Shown: positions 43,952 through 54,312, numbered from the stretch's first letter. The stretch is 64,000 nt of DNA from an uncultured delta proteobacterium (GCA_963778655.1 CAVZVA010000002.1:448001-512000); one strand, 5' to 3'. The notes: generated by a model not told the origin, from the sequence alone. Program-made: numbers and translations.

Positions 43952-45388
43952 TCAAAGCATCGGATCGGGCTGGTAGCGCAATGCCTCGGGGTGTCGCTCC
44001 AACAGCGCTTCCACCTCCTGCACGAAGGCGCGCGTCTGCGCTCCTGCCGCCCCCACGAACTGCAGCGGGTCGTCGAGCAGGCGCCCGAGCTGCGCGCGGT
44101 CGAGCCGCAGCCGGCCGTCGGCGGCCAGCCGGTCGAGCAGGTCGTTGTCGGCCTCGCCGCGCTGGCGCATGGCCAGCGCCACGGCCGTGGCGTGCTGCTT
44201 GATCACCTCGTGCGCGCGCTCGCGTCCCACCCCGGCGCGCACCGCCGCCATCAGCAGCTTGGTGGTGGCCAGAAACGGCAGATAGCGCCGCAGCTCGTGC
44301 TCGATCACCAGCGGATACGCCCCGAGCTCGGCGAGCACGTGCAGCAGCGTCTGAAACAAGCCGTCCGCGGCGAAGAACGCATCTGGCAGCATCATGCGGC
44401 GCACCACCGAGCAGCTCACGTCGCCCTCGTTCCACTGATCGCCTGCGAGCGCAGCAGCCATGGTCTGGTGGCCCATCAGGATCACGCGCAGGCCGTGGAT
44501 GCGCTCGCACGAGCGCGTGTTCATCTTGTGCGGCATGGCCGAAGAGCCGACCTGGCCGGGCTGAAAACCTTCGGTCACCAGCTCGTGGCCGGCCATCAGT
44601 CGCATGCTCAGCGCCAGGCTCGCGGGCCCCGCTACTGCGAGCAACAGCGCGCTCACCACCTCGAGGTCGAGCGAGCGCGGATAGACCTGGCCAACGTTGA
44701 CGAGGACCTGCTCGAAGCCCAGGTGCTGCGCGACCGCGCGCTCGAGCCGCTCGAGCTTGGCCGGGTCGCCGCCCAGCAGGTCGAGCTGATCCTGCTGCGT
44801 GCCGACCGGACCCTTGAGCCCGCGCAGGGGATAGCGCGCGATCAGAGCCTCGAGCTGCTGCAGCGCGAGCAGCAGCTCCTGGCCCGCATTGGCGAAGCGC
44901 TTGCCGAGCGTGGTGGCCTGAGCCGCGACGTTGTGCGTGCGCGCGGCCATCACCGTGGCCTCGTGCTCGGCCGCACGCTCGGCCAGGCGCGCGAGCGCGC
45001 TCAGCATGCGATCGCGCACCAGCTGCAGCCCGGTGCGCAGCTGCATCTGCTCGACGTTCTCGGTCAGGTCGCGCGAGGTCAGGCCCTTGTGGATGTGCTC
45101 GTGCCCGGCCAGCGCGCAGAACTCCTCGATGCGCGCCTTGACATCGTGGCGCGTAACGCGCTCGCGCGCCGCGATCGACTGCAGGTCGACCTGGTCCACC
45201 ACGTCGCTGTAAGCCTCGATCACGCCGTCGGGCACGGGCACTCCGAGCTCGCGCTGCGCCTTGAGCACCGCGATCCACAGCAAGCGCTCGAGCACCACCT
45301 TGTGCTCCGGCGCGAACAGCGCGCGCATTTGCGCGCTGGCGTAGCGCTGCGCGAGCACGTTGGGCACGACCTCGGCGCCGCTGCTCAC
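43952..45388 (-). CDS. purB: Adenylosuccinate lyase
   Basis: NVLAQRYAS, TRHDVKARIEEF, HKGLTSRD, RTHNVAAQ and the GSSAMPHKMN signature. GTG start overlaps the SDR stop. Confidence 0.95.
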   Translation of the reverse strand: MSSGAEVVPNVLAQRYASAQMRALFAPEHKVVLERLLWIAVLKAQRELGVPVPDGVIEAYSDVVDQVDLQSIAARERVTRHDVKARIEEFCALAGHEHIHKGLTSRDLTENVEQMQLRTGLQLVRDRMLSALARLAERAAEHEATVMAARTHNVAAQATTLGKRFANAGQELLLALQQLEALIARYPLRGLKGPVGTQQDQLDLLGGDPAKLERLERAVAQHLGFEQVLVNVGQVYPRSLDLEVVSALLLAVAGPASLALSMRLMAGHELVTEGFQPGQVGSSAMPHKMNTRSCERIHGLRVILMGHQTMAAALAGDQWNEGDVSCSVVRRMMLPDAFFAADGLFQTLLHVLAELGAYPLVIEHELRRYLPFLATTKLLMAAVRAGVGRERAHEVIKQHATAVALAMRQRGEADNDLLDRLAADGRLRLDRAQLGRLLDDPLQFVGAAGAQTRAFVQEVEALLERHPEALRYQPDPML

Positions 45389-46167
45389 AGCGCGCTCCCG
45401 CCATCGACCTTGATGATGGCACCGGTGGTGAAGGCCGAGGCTGCGGAGGCCAGGTACACCACCGCGCCCACGATGTCCGAGGGACGGCCCGCGCGGCCCA
45501 GCGGGATCGCCTGGCTGACCAGGCTGTCGTCGCCGCCCGGCATCATGAAGGCGGTCATCTTGCTCGGGAACAGGCCGGGCGCGATGGCGTTGACCGCAAT
45601 GCCTTCGCGCGCCAAGCGCTTGGCCAGCGTCTGCGTGAGATGATGCACGGCGGCCTTGGCCGGGTGATAGGGCCAGGCGTTGTCGAGCGGGAACTCGATG
45701 CCGGAGATCGAGCCGATGTTGATCACGCGCGCCAGCGCGTCGGGCGGCGTGGCTGCGTGGCGCAAATAGGGCAGGCACTGCTGGGTGAGGAAGAACAGCG
45801 CCTTGACGTTGAGGTCGAAGACCTTGTCCCAGCCCGCCTCGGGAAACTCGTCGAGCTCGGCGCCCCAGGTGGCGCCGGCGTTGTTGACCAGCACGTCGAG
45901 CGCGCCGCCGAAGTGCTCACCCGCGAGCTCGGCCACACGCTCGATCTCCGGCAGCGTGGAGAGGTCGGCCCGCTCGGTGCGGACGTCCAGACCGCGTTTT
46001 CCCTTCAGCTCAGCGCTGAGCGCATCGAGCGAGGCTTGCTTGCGCGAGCAGGTGAAGATACGCGCGCCGCGCTCGGCCAGGCCGGTGGTGATCATCTTGC
46101 CGATGCCTGACGCCCCGCCCGTCACGAGCACGCGCTTGCCGGCAACCGAAAATAGCTCGTCTGTCAT
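45385..46167 (-). CDS. Short-chain dehydrogenase/reductase
   Basis: TGGASGIG, NNAG, YHPAK, VNAIAPG and VDGG. Confidence 0.93.
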   Translation of the reverse strand: MTDELFSVAGKRVLVTGGASGIGKMITTGLAERGARIFTCSRKQASLDALSAELKGKRGLDVRTERADLSTLPEIERVAELAGEHFGGALDVLVNNAGATWGAELDEFPEAGWDKVFDLNVKALFFLTQQCLPYLRHAATPPDALARVINIGSISGIEFPLDNAWPYHPAKAAVHHLTQTLAKRLAREGIAVNAIAPGLFPSKMTAFMMPGGDDSLVSQAIPLGRAGRPSDIVGAVVYLASAASAFTTGAIIKVDGGSAL

Positions 46168-46351
46168 GGCCCCTTTCCTGACGCTGGCCCCGGGGGTTCT
46201 ACCCGCGGCCGTGGCGCGCTTCAACGCGCCCGGCGCCGGGCGTAGGGCGATTTGTGCGCAGATCCCAGATCCCTAAAGAGTATGCATTACTTTTCGCTAG
46301 AAAACGCTCCGGGCGCGCGATACACCGTGAGGCGCTGCGAAGGAGACAGCC

Positions 46352-47659
46352 ATGCAACTGCAAAACGTCGTTTTGGTGGATGGAGCGCGCACGGCCTTTG
46401 GACGCGGGGGGCGCGGCAAGCTAGTCGCTACGAGACTCGACGAGGCGGGCGCGAAGGTGCTGCGCGCGCTGCTGGATCGAAACCCCAAGGTCAAAGACTC
46501 GATGATCGAGGATGTGGGCCTGGGCAACGTGAGCGGACGCGGTGAGTTCGTGATGCTCGGGGTGGTGGCGCGCCTGGCGGGGCTGCCGCTCGAGGTGTGC
46601 TCGTTCAACAGCAACCGCCAATGCGGCTCGAGCATGGAGACGCTGCACCGGATCGCGATGTCGATCGCGGTGGGCGCGACCGAGTGCGGAATCGCGCTCG
46701 GCATCGAGCGCATGGGGCGCTCGTTGGGTGCGGGCATGGGCGGCGGCGAGAAGCCCAACCGCATCACGGGCATGAACCGGCGCTGGTTCGAGATGAACGA
46801 GGCCCAGCGCAATCAGGCCCCGGACCACGGCGAGTACTTCTCGCGGCCGATCCCGGACTACATCCTGAAGTCCATCCCGCTGCAGAGCATGACGCAGACG
46901 GCGCAGAACGTGGTGGAGATGTACGAGCTCAGCCGCAAGGAGCTCGACGATTTCGCCTGCGAGAGTCACCACAAGACGGCCAAGGCCTACGAAAAGGGCA
47001 TCTACAAGGACGAGATCGTGCCGCTCGAGGTGGAGCAGCCGGTGTTCGACAAGGAAGGCAAGTGGGTCGAGGCCGAGAAGGGCCCGCAGATCACGTTCGA
47101 CCGCGACGAGGGGCTACGCCCCGACACGACGGTGGAAAAGCTGGCGACGCTGGATCCGGTCAAGGGCATCCAGAGCTTCGGCGGGCAGGAGCTGCGCATC
47201 ACCGCGGGCAACTCGTGTCCGACCAACGACGGGGTTTCGGCGTGCCTGCTGATGAGCGAAAAGAAGGCGCTCGCGCTGGGGCTGACTCCGCTGGCGCGCA
47301 TCGTCGGGCTGGGCGTGGGCGGCGTGAAGCCGCAGCTGATGGGCCTGGGCCCGGTGGTGTCGACCAAGAAGGCGCTCAAGCACGCGGGCATCGGCGCCGA
47401 GCAGATCGACCGGGTGGAGTTCAACGAGGCGTTCGCGGCGCAGGTGCTGCCTTCGTTGCAAGAGCTGAAGATTCCCCAAGAGAAGGTGAACGTGAACGGC
47501 GGCTCGATCGCGATCGGTCACCCGCTGGGCGCGACCGGCGCGCGGCTGGTCCTGACGGTCGCCAAGGAGCTGCGCCGGAGCAAGACGCGCTACGGCCTGG
47601 CCACGCAGTGCATCGGTGCAGGCATGGGCATCTCGACCATCGTCGAGCGCCTGGACTGA
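46352..47659 (+). CDS. Thiolase (acetyl-CoA C-acyltransferase)
   Basis: RTAFG, NRQCGSS, TAGNS, NEAFA, GHPLGATG and CIGAGMG. AGGAG RBS upstream. Confidence 0.95.
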   Translation: MQLQNVVLVDGARTAFGRGGRGKLVATRLDEAGAKVLRALLDRNPKVKDSMIEDVGLGNVSGRGEFVMLGVVARLAGLPLEVCSFNSNRQCGSSMETLHRIAMSIAVGATECGIALGIERMGRSLGAGMGGGEKPNRITGMNRRWFEMNEAQRNQAPDHGEYFSRPIPDYILKSIPLQSMTQTAQNVVEMYELSRKELDDFACESHHKTAKAYEKGIYKDEIVPLEVEQPVFDKEGKWVEAEKGPQITFDRDEGLRPDTTVEKLATLDPVKGIQSFGGQELRITAGNSCPTNDGVSACLLMSEKKALALGLTPLARIVGLGVGGVKPQLMGLGPVVSTKKALKHAGIGAEQIDRVEFNEAFAAQVLPSLQELKIPQEKVNVNGGSIAIGHPLGATGARLVLTVAKELRRSKTRYGLATQCIGAGMGISTIVERLD

Positions 47660-47691
47660 AGCGGTCCAGCCGTTCGTGTCGCCGAGCATGC

Positions 47692-47720
47692 GCGCGTCCG
47701 GATCGCCGATCCGGACGCGC
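47692..47720 (+). terminator. 13-bp perfect hairpin downstream of thiolase
   Basis: GCGCGTCCGGATC-GCC-GATCCGGACGCGC. There is no U-tract, so terminator function is uncertain. Confidence 0.45.
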
Positions 47721-48001
47721 CGCTCGCTCGACTCCCCCGACCCCGCGGCGCCTTGCGTCGTGCAGCTCAGCAGCCGGCAGTGCCCATCCCGAACCCGGGT
47801 ACCCACCCGGGCGCGCCCTGCCCCCACTGGGCCGAAGTCGAGGACGTCTGGAGACGGGGCGGGAAGCGTGGTACGGCGTACGGCGGTGTCGGAAGCCGAG
47901 CACTTGCACGGGTTGGGCTGGCTGTGCAGGAAGCGCGGATCGAAATGGGCTCGAGACTGGCGCTGGCGCTGAGGCAGCGCTGCTGATGGGGCAGGTGAGT
48001 C

Positions 48002-49249
48002 ATGAAAGCAACCCTGGTTTGGATTTCGGCGGGGCTGGCGCTCGGGTGGCTCGGGTGCGCAGCCTCGAAGTCGCCCGGTAGCAACGGGACCGGCGGAACC
48101 CCCGGCGGCCTCGGTACCGGGGCCACTGCGGCACCGGCCACTGGCGGCTCGGGCGCGCCGGTGGGCGGCAGCGGCGGCAGCAGTGCCACCGGCGGCAGCG
48201 GCGGCGGGGTGACCGGCGGCACGGGCGGCGGCGCCGGTGGCGCGATAGCCACCGGCGGCATGGGCGGCGGGGTGACCGGCGGCACGGGCGGCGGGATGAC
48301 CGGCGGCATGGGCGGCGGAATGACCGGCGGCATGGGCGGCGGCGCGGGCGCAGGCCCCGTGACCTACCCCATGCTCGACGGCGCCATGATCGGCAGCCCC
48401 GCGGAGCTCTCGACCGGCGTCACGCTGACGCTCGCCGAGGGCCCGGTCTGGGATCCGTGCACCCACAAGATGCTGTTCGTCGACGTGCAGGGGGCGGGAA
48501 ATACGGGTGTCATCTACGCGATGGGCGCCGACGACCAGGCCAGCGTGCTCAAGATGGGCACCAGCAACACCAACGGCATCGCCTGGGACCGCACCGACGG
48601 CTCGCTGGTGCTCGCGCAGATGGGTGGCGCGCCGGGTCACGTCGCGCGCATGGACCGCTCAGGAACCATCACCGTGATCCCGACCACCGGGGGCACGCTG
48701 CACACCCCCGATGACGTGATCGTGCGCTCCGACGGAACCATCTACTTCACCGACGGCGACTTCCCGCCGATCGGCGGCATCGACCTCGGGCAACTGCCCG
48801 TCTATGCGATCAAGGCGGGCACCACCGCGCTGCTCAACGGGGGCACGGTACAAGGCCCGAACGGCATTCAGCTCTCGCCCGACGAGAAGACGCTCTACGT
48901 CGACGAGTACTTCGGCGGCAACGTGATCAAGTTCACGGTGGCCGACGACGGGACGCTGACCAAGGGCAGCGCGGTCGCCAGCGGTCTGGCCAGCCCGGAC
49001 AGCCTGTGCATCGACGCCGCCGGCAACCTCTACGTCGGCGTCAGCACGGGCCTGCAGGTGCTGCGCCCCGATGGCTCGATGGTGAAGTTGATCCCCGTGT
49101 CGGGCGTGCAAGGCGTGACCAATTGCGGATTCGGCGGCGATGACGGCAAGACCTTGTACATCACCGCCTGGACCAAGGTTCTGAAGGTGACGGGCATGCC
49201 GATCCCCGGGCTCGAGTGGACCATGAATCAGAGCCTGACCTGCTCGTAG
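48002..49249 (+). CDS. SMP-30/gluconolactonase family lipoprotein
   Basis: WLGC lipobox, TGG/MGG linker, AEGPVWD, NGIA, PDDVIVRSDGTIYFTD, PNGIQLSPD, PDSLCIDAAGNLYV and TNCGFGG..GKTLYIT. Confidence 0.92.
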   Translation: MKATLVWISAGLALGWLGCAASKSPGSNGTGGTPGGLGTGATAAPATGGSGAPVGGSGGSSATGGSGGGVTGGTGGGAGGAIATGGMGGGVTGGTGGGMTGGMGGGMTGGMGGGAGAGPVTYPMLDGAMIGSPAELSTGVTLTLAEGPVWDPCTHKMLFVDVQGAGNTGVIYAMGADDQASVLKMGTSNTNGIAWDRTDGSLVLAQMGGAPGHVARMDRSGTITVIPTTGGTLHTPDDVIVRSDGTIYFTDGDFPPIGGIDLGQLPVYAIKAGTTALLNGGTVQGPNGIQLSPDEKTLYVDEYFGGNVIKFTVADDGTLTKGSAVASGLASPDSLCIDAAGNLYVGVSTGLQVLRPDGSMVKLIPVSGVQGVTNCGFGGDDGKTLYITAWTKVLKVTGMPIPGLEWTMNQSLTCS

Positions 49250-49265
49250 GCGTCCGGCCGGGGAC

Positions 49266-49901
49266 CTACTTGCGCCCGCGCATCGCGGGTGGATCCACGC
49301 GCTCGTCGAGCGCGATCAGGATGCGCAGCATGGCGTGCTTGGCGCGCTCCACGTCCCAGCCACCCTCGGGGTACTCGGTCGCCATCTGCACCGCGATCTG
49401 GTTGATCGCCGCCACCACGCCCCGCACCAGGATCGGATCAGGAGCGTGGCGCCCCTGGCGCACCATCGCTTCGGAGATCAGATCGGTGAACGCGGCCATG
49501 GCTGCGTCGCGCTGCCTGGCCAGCGGCGAGCTGGGCGAGAACTGCTCGAGCAGCAACACGCTCGCCAGCGGGCCGGCGCGCGCGTGCACGCGGATGTAGG
49601 CCTCGACCGCGGCGGCCAGGCGCTCGTGCGCCGGCAGGGCGGAGCGCTCGGCTTCGCGAACGGCCGAGAGCAGCATGGCCACCGAGTTCTCGAACAGCAC
49701 ACGCAGCACGTCTTCCTTGCTGCGGAAAGTCTTGTAGAAGGTGCGACGCGAGACGCCGGCCTCGGCCAGAATCGCCTCGACCGAGCTGCCGCCGTAGCCG
49801 AGCCGGCCGAATACCTCGGCAGCCCCGCGCAGCACGCGGATGCGCACCGATTCGGAAGCGTCCCCGCGTTCCTCGACTCTGCTCTGGCGCGCCGCAGCCA
49901 T
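49266..49901 (-). CDS. TetR/AcrR family transcriptional regulator
   Basis: AAEVFGRLGY..SSVEAILAEAGVSRRTFYKTFRSKED. Confidence 0.92.
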   Translation of the reverse strand: MAAARQSRVEERGDASESVRIRVLRGAAEVFGRLGYGGSSVEAILAEAGVSRRTFYKTFRSKEDVLRVLFENSVAMLLSAVREAERSALPAHERLAAAVEAYIRVHARAGPLASVLLLEQFSPSSPLARQRDAAMAAFTDLISEAMVRQGRHAPDPILVRGVVAAINQIAVQMATEYPEGGWDVERAKHAMLRILIALDERVDPPAMRGRK

Positions 49902-49917
49902 CGTCCCGACCGGCGCA

Positions 49918-49937
49918 GGTATACACCATTGTCTACC
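49918..49937. promoter_or_regulatory. Imperfect palindrome, putative TetR operator
   Basis: GGTATACA-CCAT-TGTCTACC (7 of 8 arm positions match), 16 bp upstream of the tetR start. Confidence 0.55.
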
Positions 49938-50008
49938 GGTTGTCGCGCGCGCTCGTCCGCGCGGTCAAAGGCCCGGCCGGCAAGGCGCGGGCCCGGCACT
50001 GCTGGCGC

Positions 50009-50884
50009 TCACTTCAGGCAGTAGGCTGCTTGCACGTCGTCGCCGCTCACGCAGCTCTTGCTCGTGCAGGTGAACGAATCGCATTCGGAGTCGTTCTGGC
50101 ACGCCGCGCCGGCGCTCTTGCGGGGCGCGCACATGCCCATGAACGTGCTGTTCGGATTGTCGCAGTAGAGCCCGTCCTGGCAGTTCAGGTCGGTGAAGCA
50201 GCGCCCGCCGCGCGCCGCGCGCTGGGCGCACATCCAGGTGGGGTCGGCTGGAAGACAGGCCAGCCCGTCGCCGAGGCGGCAGGACACCAGCGACACGGCG
50301 AGATCGTGCACCGACGCCATGCTCAGACCGCCCGGGGGCGTGCAGTCGTCGCCGGCGCCGAGCGTGCCGGTGAAGCTGCTCTCGAAACCGTCGGGCGAGA
50401 CCGCCCACGCCGCGACCGACGGATCGCAGGTGGAGGCGCGATGCTCGAGCTCGGCGAACGCCGTGCTCGCGGCGTTGGCGTCGAAGCCGACCGCTGGATC
50501 CTCCGACAACATGTCGAACAGCGCCGTGTTCTTGCAGCTGTCCTCGGCGGCCTTCTCGCAAGCCGCAAAGTCGCGCCCCGGGCTCTTGCAGCAGTGCTGC
50601 TCCCCGGCGCACTGAATGGTGGCGAGTCGCACGCACACGTTGCCTGCGGTGACCGTGTTGCTGCCGCCGGCATCGAACAGCGGCAGCCCAGCATCCATGT
50701 TCGAAGGCATGCCCGAATCTCCGCCGCTGCCGCCCGCGCCGCTGCCGGCGCTGCCGCCCGCCCCGGAGGCGGAGCCGCCGCCTGTGCCGGTGCCGGAACT
50801 ACCGCCGCCACCTCCGTTGTCGCTCGAGCTACCACACCCACAGGCCACGCCCAGCATCAGGCTCCACACTAAGATCCGACTCAT
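50009..50884 (-). CDS. Cys-rich lipoprotein
   Basis: VACGC lipobox, Gly/Ser linker and C-terminal G..C..D..C repeats. Confidence 0.75.
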   Translation of the reverse strand: MSRILVWSLMLGVACGCGSSSDNGGGGGSSGTGTGGGSASGAGGSAGSGAGGSGGDSGMPSNMDAGLPLFDAGGSNTVTAGNVCVRLATIQCAGEQHCCKSPGRDFAACEKAAEDSCKNTALFDMLSEDPAVGFDANAASTAFAELEHRASTCDPSVAAWAVSPDGFESSFTGTLGAGDDCTPPGGLSMASVHDLAVSLVSCRLGDGLACLPADPTWMCAQRAARGGRCFTDLNCQDGLYCDNPNSTFMGMCAPRKSAGAACQNDSECDSFTCTSKSCVSGDDVQAAYCLK

Positions 50885-51023
50885 GCGCCCTCCAATACCC
50901 AACACAGCAAGATCTGCCGCAGCGCGCGAGAATACGCGTCGAGCCTTCGCTCGCCAAGGCTGTGCAGACCAGGAAGCGCGGATTCGCCGCTAACGGGCGC
51001 TCTCCCACTTCGTGGACACGTAG

Positions 51024-52166
51024 TCAGGCGCGCCGGAACGGACCGTGCAGGGCAAGCGCGGCCATCTCCTCGCGAATTGCCTCGGCCTCCCGCGGTAGAA
51101 ACTCGGCCAGGGCTCGCCGCAAGCCGCTGTGCTCGATGTAATGTGCACTATGGATCACGGCGGGCAGCAGCCCGCGGCGGAGCTTGTGCGTGCCCTGCGC
51201 GCCGGCCTCGAAGCGGCTCAGGCCCTGCGTGATCGCGCGCTCGATCAGCCGGTAATAGCAGCACTCGAAGTGCAGCGCCGGATGCTCCTCGCTGCAGCCC
51301 CAGTAGCGCCCGTACAGGTGCTTGCCCTTCTGGAAATTGAGCGTCCCAGCAATCGGCTTGCCGGCGCGGTAGGCGAGCACGCTCACCACCCGCTGCGCGT
51401 GGGTCTTGCGGATCAGCTCGAAGAAGCGCCGCGTCAGATAGGGACCCGAGCCGCGCTTGCGGCAGGTGTCGGCGTAGAACGCGTAGAGCGCCCGCCACTC
51501 CTTGTCGCCGAGCTCGGGGCCCTCCAGCACCCGCAGCTCGAGGCCGCTCTGCTCCACCTGCCGGCGCTCGCGCCGGACCTGCTTGCGCAGAGCGGAGCGA
51601 AAGCGCTCCAGGTAGTCGTCGAAGCTTGCAAAGCCGTCGTTGCGCCAGTGGAACTGGATCGATTCGCGCGGGATCAGGTCGGCGTTGGCCAGCAGCGCGT
51701 CGCGCTCGCGCTCGTTGACGAACAAGAAGTGAATCGACGACGCGTCGAGCCGCGCACGCGCCTCGAACGCGCCCTGCAGCAACGCGCCGACCACCGCCTC
51801 GGGCACGGCATCCTCGGCCCACAGCACGCGCCGGCCGGTCGCGGGCGTGAAGGGCACCATGCTCACGAGCTTGGGGTAATAGCGCAGCCCCGCGCGCTCG
51901 GCCGACGAGGCCCAGCTCCAGTCGAAGATGTACTCGCCGTAGCTGTGTAGCTTGACGTAGAGCGGAAGCGCGCCGACCAGCCGCTCACCCTCGCGCGCCA
52001 CCACGTGCAAGGGCAGCCAGCCGCTGTCGCCGCCCACGCTGCCGCTCTGCTCCAGGGCCAGCAGAAAGGCGTGCTCGATGAAGGGATCGTCCTGGCCGGC
52101 CAGCGCGTCCCACTGCGCGGCGTCGATCGCCTCGAGCTTGGACAGCAGCTCCACGCGTAGGCCCAT
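51024..52166 (-). CDS. GNAT/FemAB-related N-acyltransferase (DUF482-like)
   Basis: PFIEHAFL, SGWLP.H, YVKLHSYGEYIFDWSWA, YYPKL...PFTPATG, LYGRYWG, LHFECCYY and FEAGAQG.HK. Confidence 0.92.
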   Translation of the reverse strand: MGLRVELLSKLEAIDAAQWDALAGQDDPFIEHAFLLALEQSGSVGGDSGWLPLHVVAREGERLVGALPLYVKLHSYGEYIFDWSWASSAERAGLRYYPKLVSMVPFTPATGRRVLWAEDAVPEAVVGALLQGAFEARARLDASSIHFLFVNERERDALLANADLIPRESIQFHWRNDGFASFDDYLERFRSALRKQVRRERRQVEQSGLELRVLEGPELGDKEWRALYAFYADTCRKRGSGPYLTRRFFELIRKTHAQRVVSVLAYRAGKPIAGTLNFQKGKHLYGRYWGCSEEHPALHFECCYYRLIERAITQGLSRFEAGAQGTHKLRRGLLPAVIHSAHYIEHSGLRRALAEFLPREAEAIREEMAALALHGPFRRA

Positions 52167-52384
52167 GCCCGATGGTGTAGACCGGCGGCGTCGCGCTGTC
52201 GACGCCGCGCCGGGATCCGGCCCGTTGCCAGGAAGCGCGCGCGCCTGGCGATCGCGACCGCGCGACCCCTGCACGCGGCGTGCGGTGGGGGCCGAAAACA
52301 GCCAGCGCAGGTTGTTGTGTCGGCCACGGTCCGTAACGTAAATTCGCCGGCATGATCAGCTCCCGAGTCATCGGCACGATGGAA

Positions 52385-54270
52385 ATGCGGGCGCAAGCGC
52401 GCATGGCGGCGCTCGCCGGGTTGCTGTTGCTGGCGCTGGCCGCCAAAGCCGGCGCGCAGGCCGCGCGCGAGCTCTACGACCAGGGCGTGCAAGCGCTCAG
52501 CGCGGGGCGCTACGACGAGGCGGCGCGGGCGCTCGACGCGGCGTATCGCCAGCAGCCGAGCGCCGAGGCGCTCTACAATCTGGGCCTCGCCTACAAGGGC
52601 ATGGGGCATCCGGACAAGGCGTTCGAAGCCTTCGAGGGCTACGTCAAGCTGGCCGACCCGAAGAAGGACGCCAAGACGATCGCGGCGGTGCGCGCGGAGA
52701 TCGACCGCCTCAAGGCGTCGTACGCGCGCTACGCGCTCAAGCTGAGCCCGCCCGAGGCCACGATCGCGATCGACGGGGCGCCGGCCACACCGAACCGCGG
52801 CGAGCTCTGGGTCCAGACGGGCAAGCACGCGATCACCGTGCGCGCTCAGGGCTACGACACCTACGAGCAGACCCTGCAGGTGACCGCGGGACATTTCGAC
52901 CTCGAGGTGCAGCTGCGCCAGCCGTCGGGGCCACCGGACCAACGGGCCGCGACGCTGGTGGACGAGGGCATCGCGCTGCAGGCGGCCGGCCGCTTGCAGC
53001 CCGCGATCGAGAAGTACAAGGCGGCCCAGGCCATCTACCCGACGCCACGCGGCGTGGCGCAGCTCGGGCTGGCCGAGGAGGCGTTCGGGGAGCTGCCGGC
53101 GGCGGAGCGAGACCTGCAGGAAGCGTTGAGCACGCCGAAGAACCCCTTCATCCGCGAGAACAAGCGCAAGCTCAAGGCCGCGCTCGAGCGCGTCAAACGC
53201 CAGCTCGCGACGCTGACCATCACCGGATCGCCCGAGGGCGCCGAAGTCTTCATCAACGGCAAGTCGGTGGGTGTGCTCCCGATCGCGGAGCCGGTACGCG
53301 TGGTGGGTGGCGATTCACGGTGGACGCCAAGAAGCAGGGCTACTCGGACTACGAGGAGCTGGTACAGCTGCCAGCGCGCGGCCGGCGCACCGTGCGCATC
53401 AGCATGGACGTGGCGCCGCCTACGCCCGTGGTTGCCGCCCTGCCGCCGGCAGGCGCGGCGGCGGCGAGCGCGGCGCCCCCCGAGGCGGCGGTGCCGGCGC
53501 TGAGCCCGGAGCAGCCGCCGGCCGAGCACGCGCCTACGCCTGTAGAGCCGCAGAAGCCGGAGCCGGTCCCGACCCAGGCCGACATCGAGGCCCAATCGCA
53601 GCCCCCGCCCGAGGAAGAGCCGGAGCCGCTCGGCCCCAAGCCCTCGGCGACCGGTTTCGAGATGGCGTTCAATCTCGGCTACCAGCCGTGGATCGGTGGG
53701 CCCAAGACCGACGGCAACAGCGGCCTGCTTGTGCCGCAGATGGTGCTCGGCGCGCGCTTGCTGTGGCCGCTCAGCTTCGGGGTGGAGATCAACAGCGGGT
53801 TCGACGTGGCCGGCACCAGCGGGACCAGCTTCATCGCCGCGATCAATCCCGGCTTCTACGTGCGCGGGCATATCCAGCAGTACAAGGAGCGCCTCGGCTT
53901 CGACGCCTGGGGCGGCGTCGGGTTGCAGCCGCTCGCGGTGCAGGTTGTGGCGCTCAAGGCGACCTCGAACGCCGGCACCGCTTCGCTCGACCCCAACAGC
54001 ATCGACCCCAACAGCGTGCAATCCCAGATCCTACGTCAGACCGGGGGCGTGAGCCGGGTGCACACGGTGCAGAGCATCAACGTGCCCTTCGAGCTCGGCG
54101 GCTCGTTCTACCTGACCGAGGGCTTCGGCTTCGACCTGGCGCTGGCGCTGACACTGTGGCTGCCGCAGCAGAGCTGCCTGCACAACGGCTCCGATCACGT
54201 ATGCACCGACAGCGGCCTCAAGTCCCAGACCAGCCTCTTCATCGGCGCCGGCGTCACCTTCCTGCCGTAA
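52385..54270 (+). pseudogene. TPR/PEGA-domain exported protein split by a 1-bp frameshift near 53310
   Basis: TPR and PEGA motifs (ITGSPEGAEVFINGKSVG) run to ...VRVVGG, then continue in another frame as RFTVDAKKQGYSDY... Adding one base restores a single 629-codon ORF. Confidence 0.75.
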
Positions 54271-54312
54271 ACCAGAGGCGCGCAAGCGGCACCGGCCAGA
54301 TCCTCCGAGCTC

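Noticed and set aside
48170..48345. Repetitive GGC-rich DNA as a non-coding repeat element
   Set aside because: It encodes the in-frame TGG/MGG linker of the SMP-30 lipoprotein.
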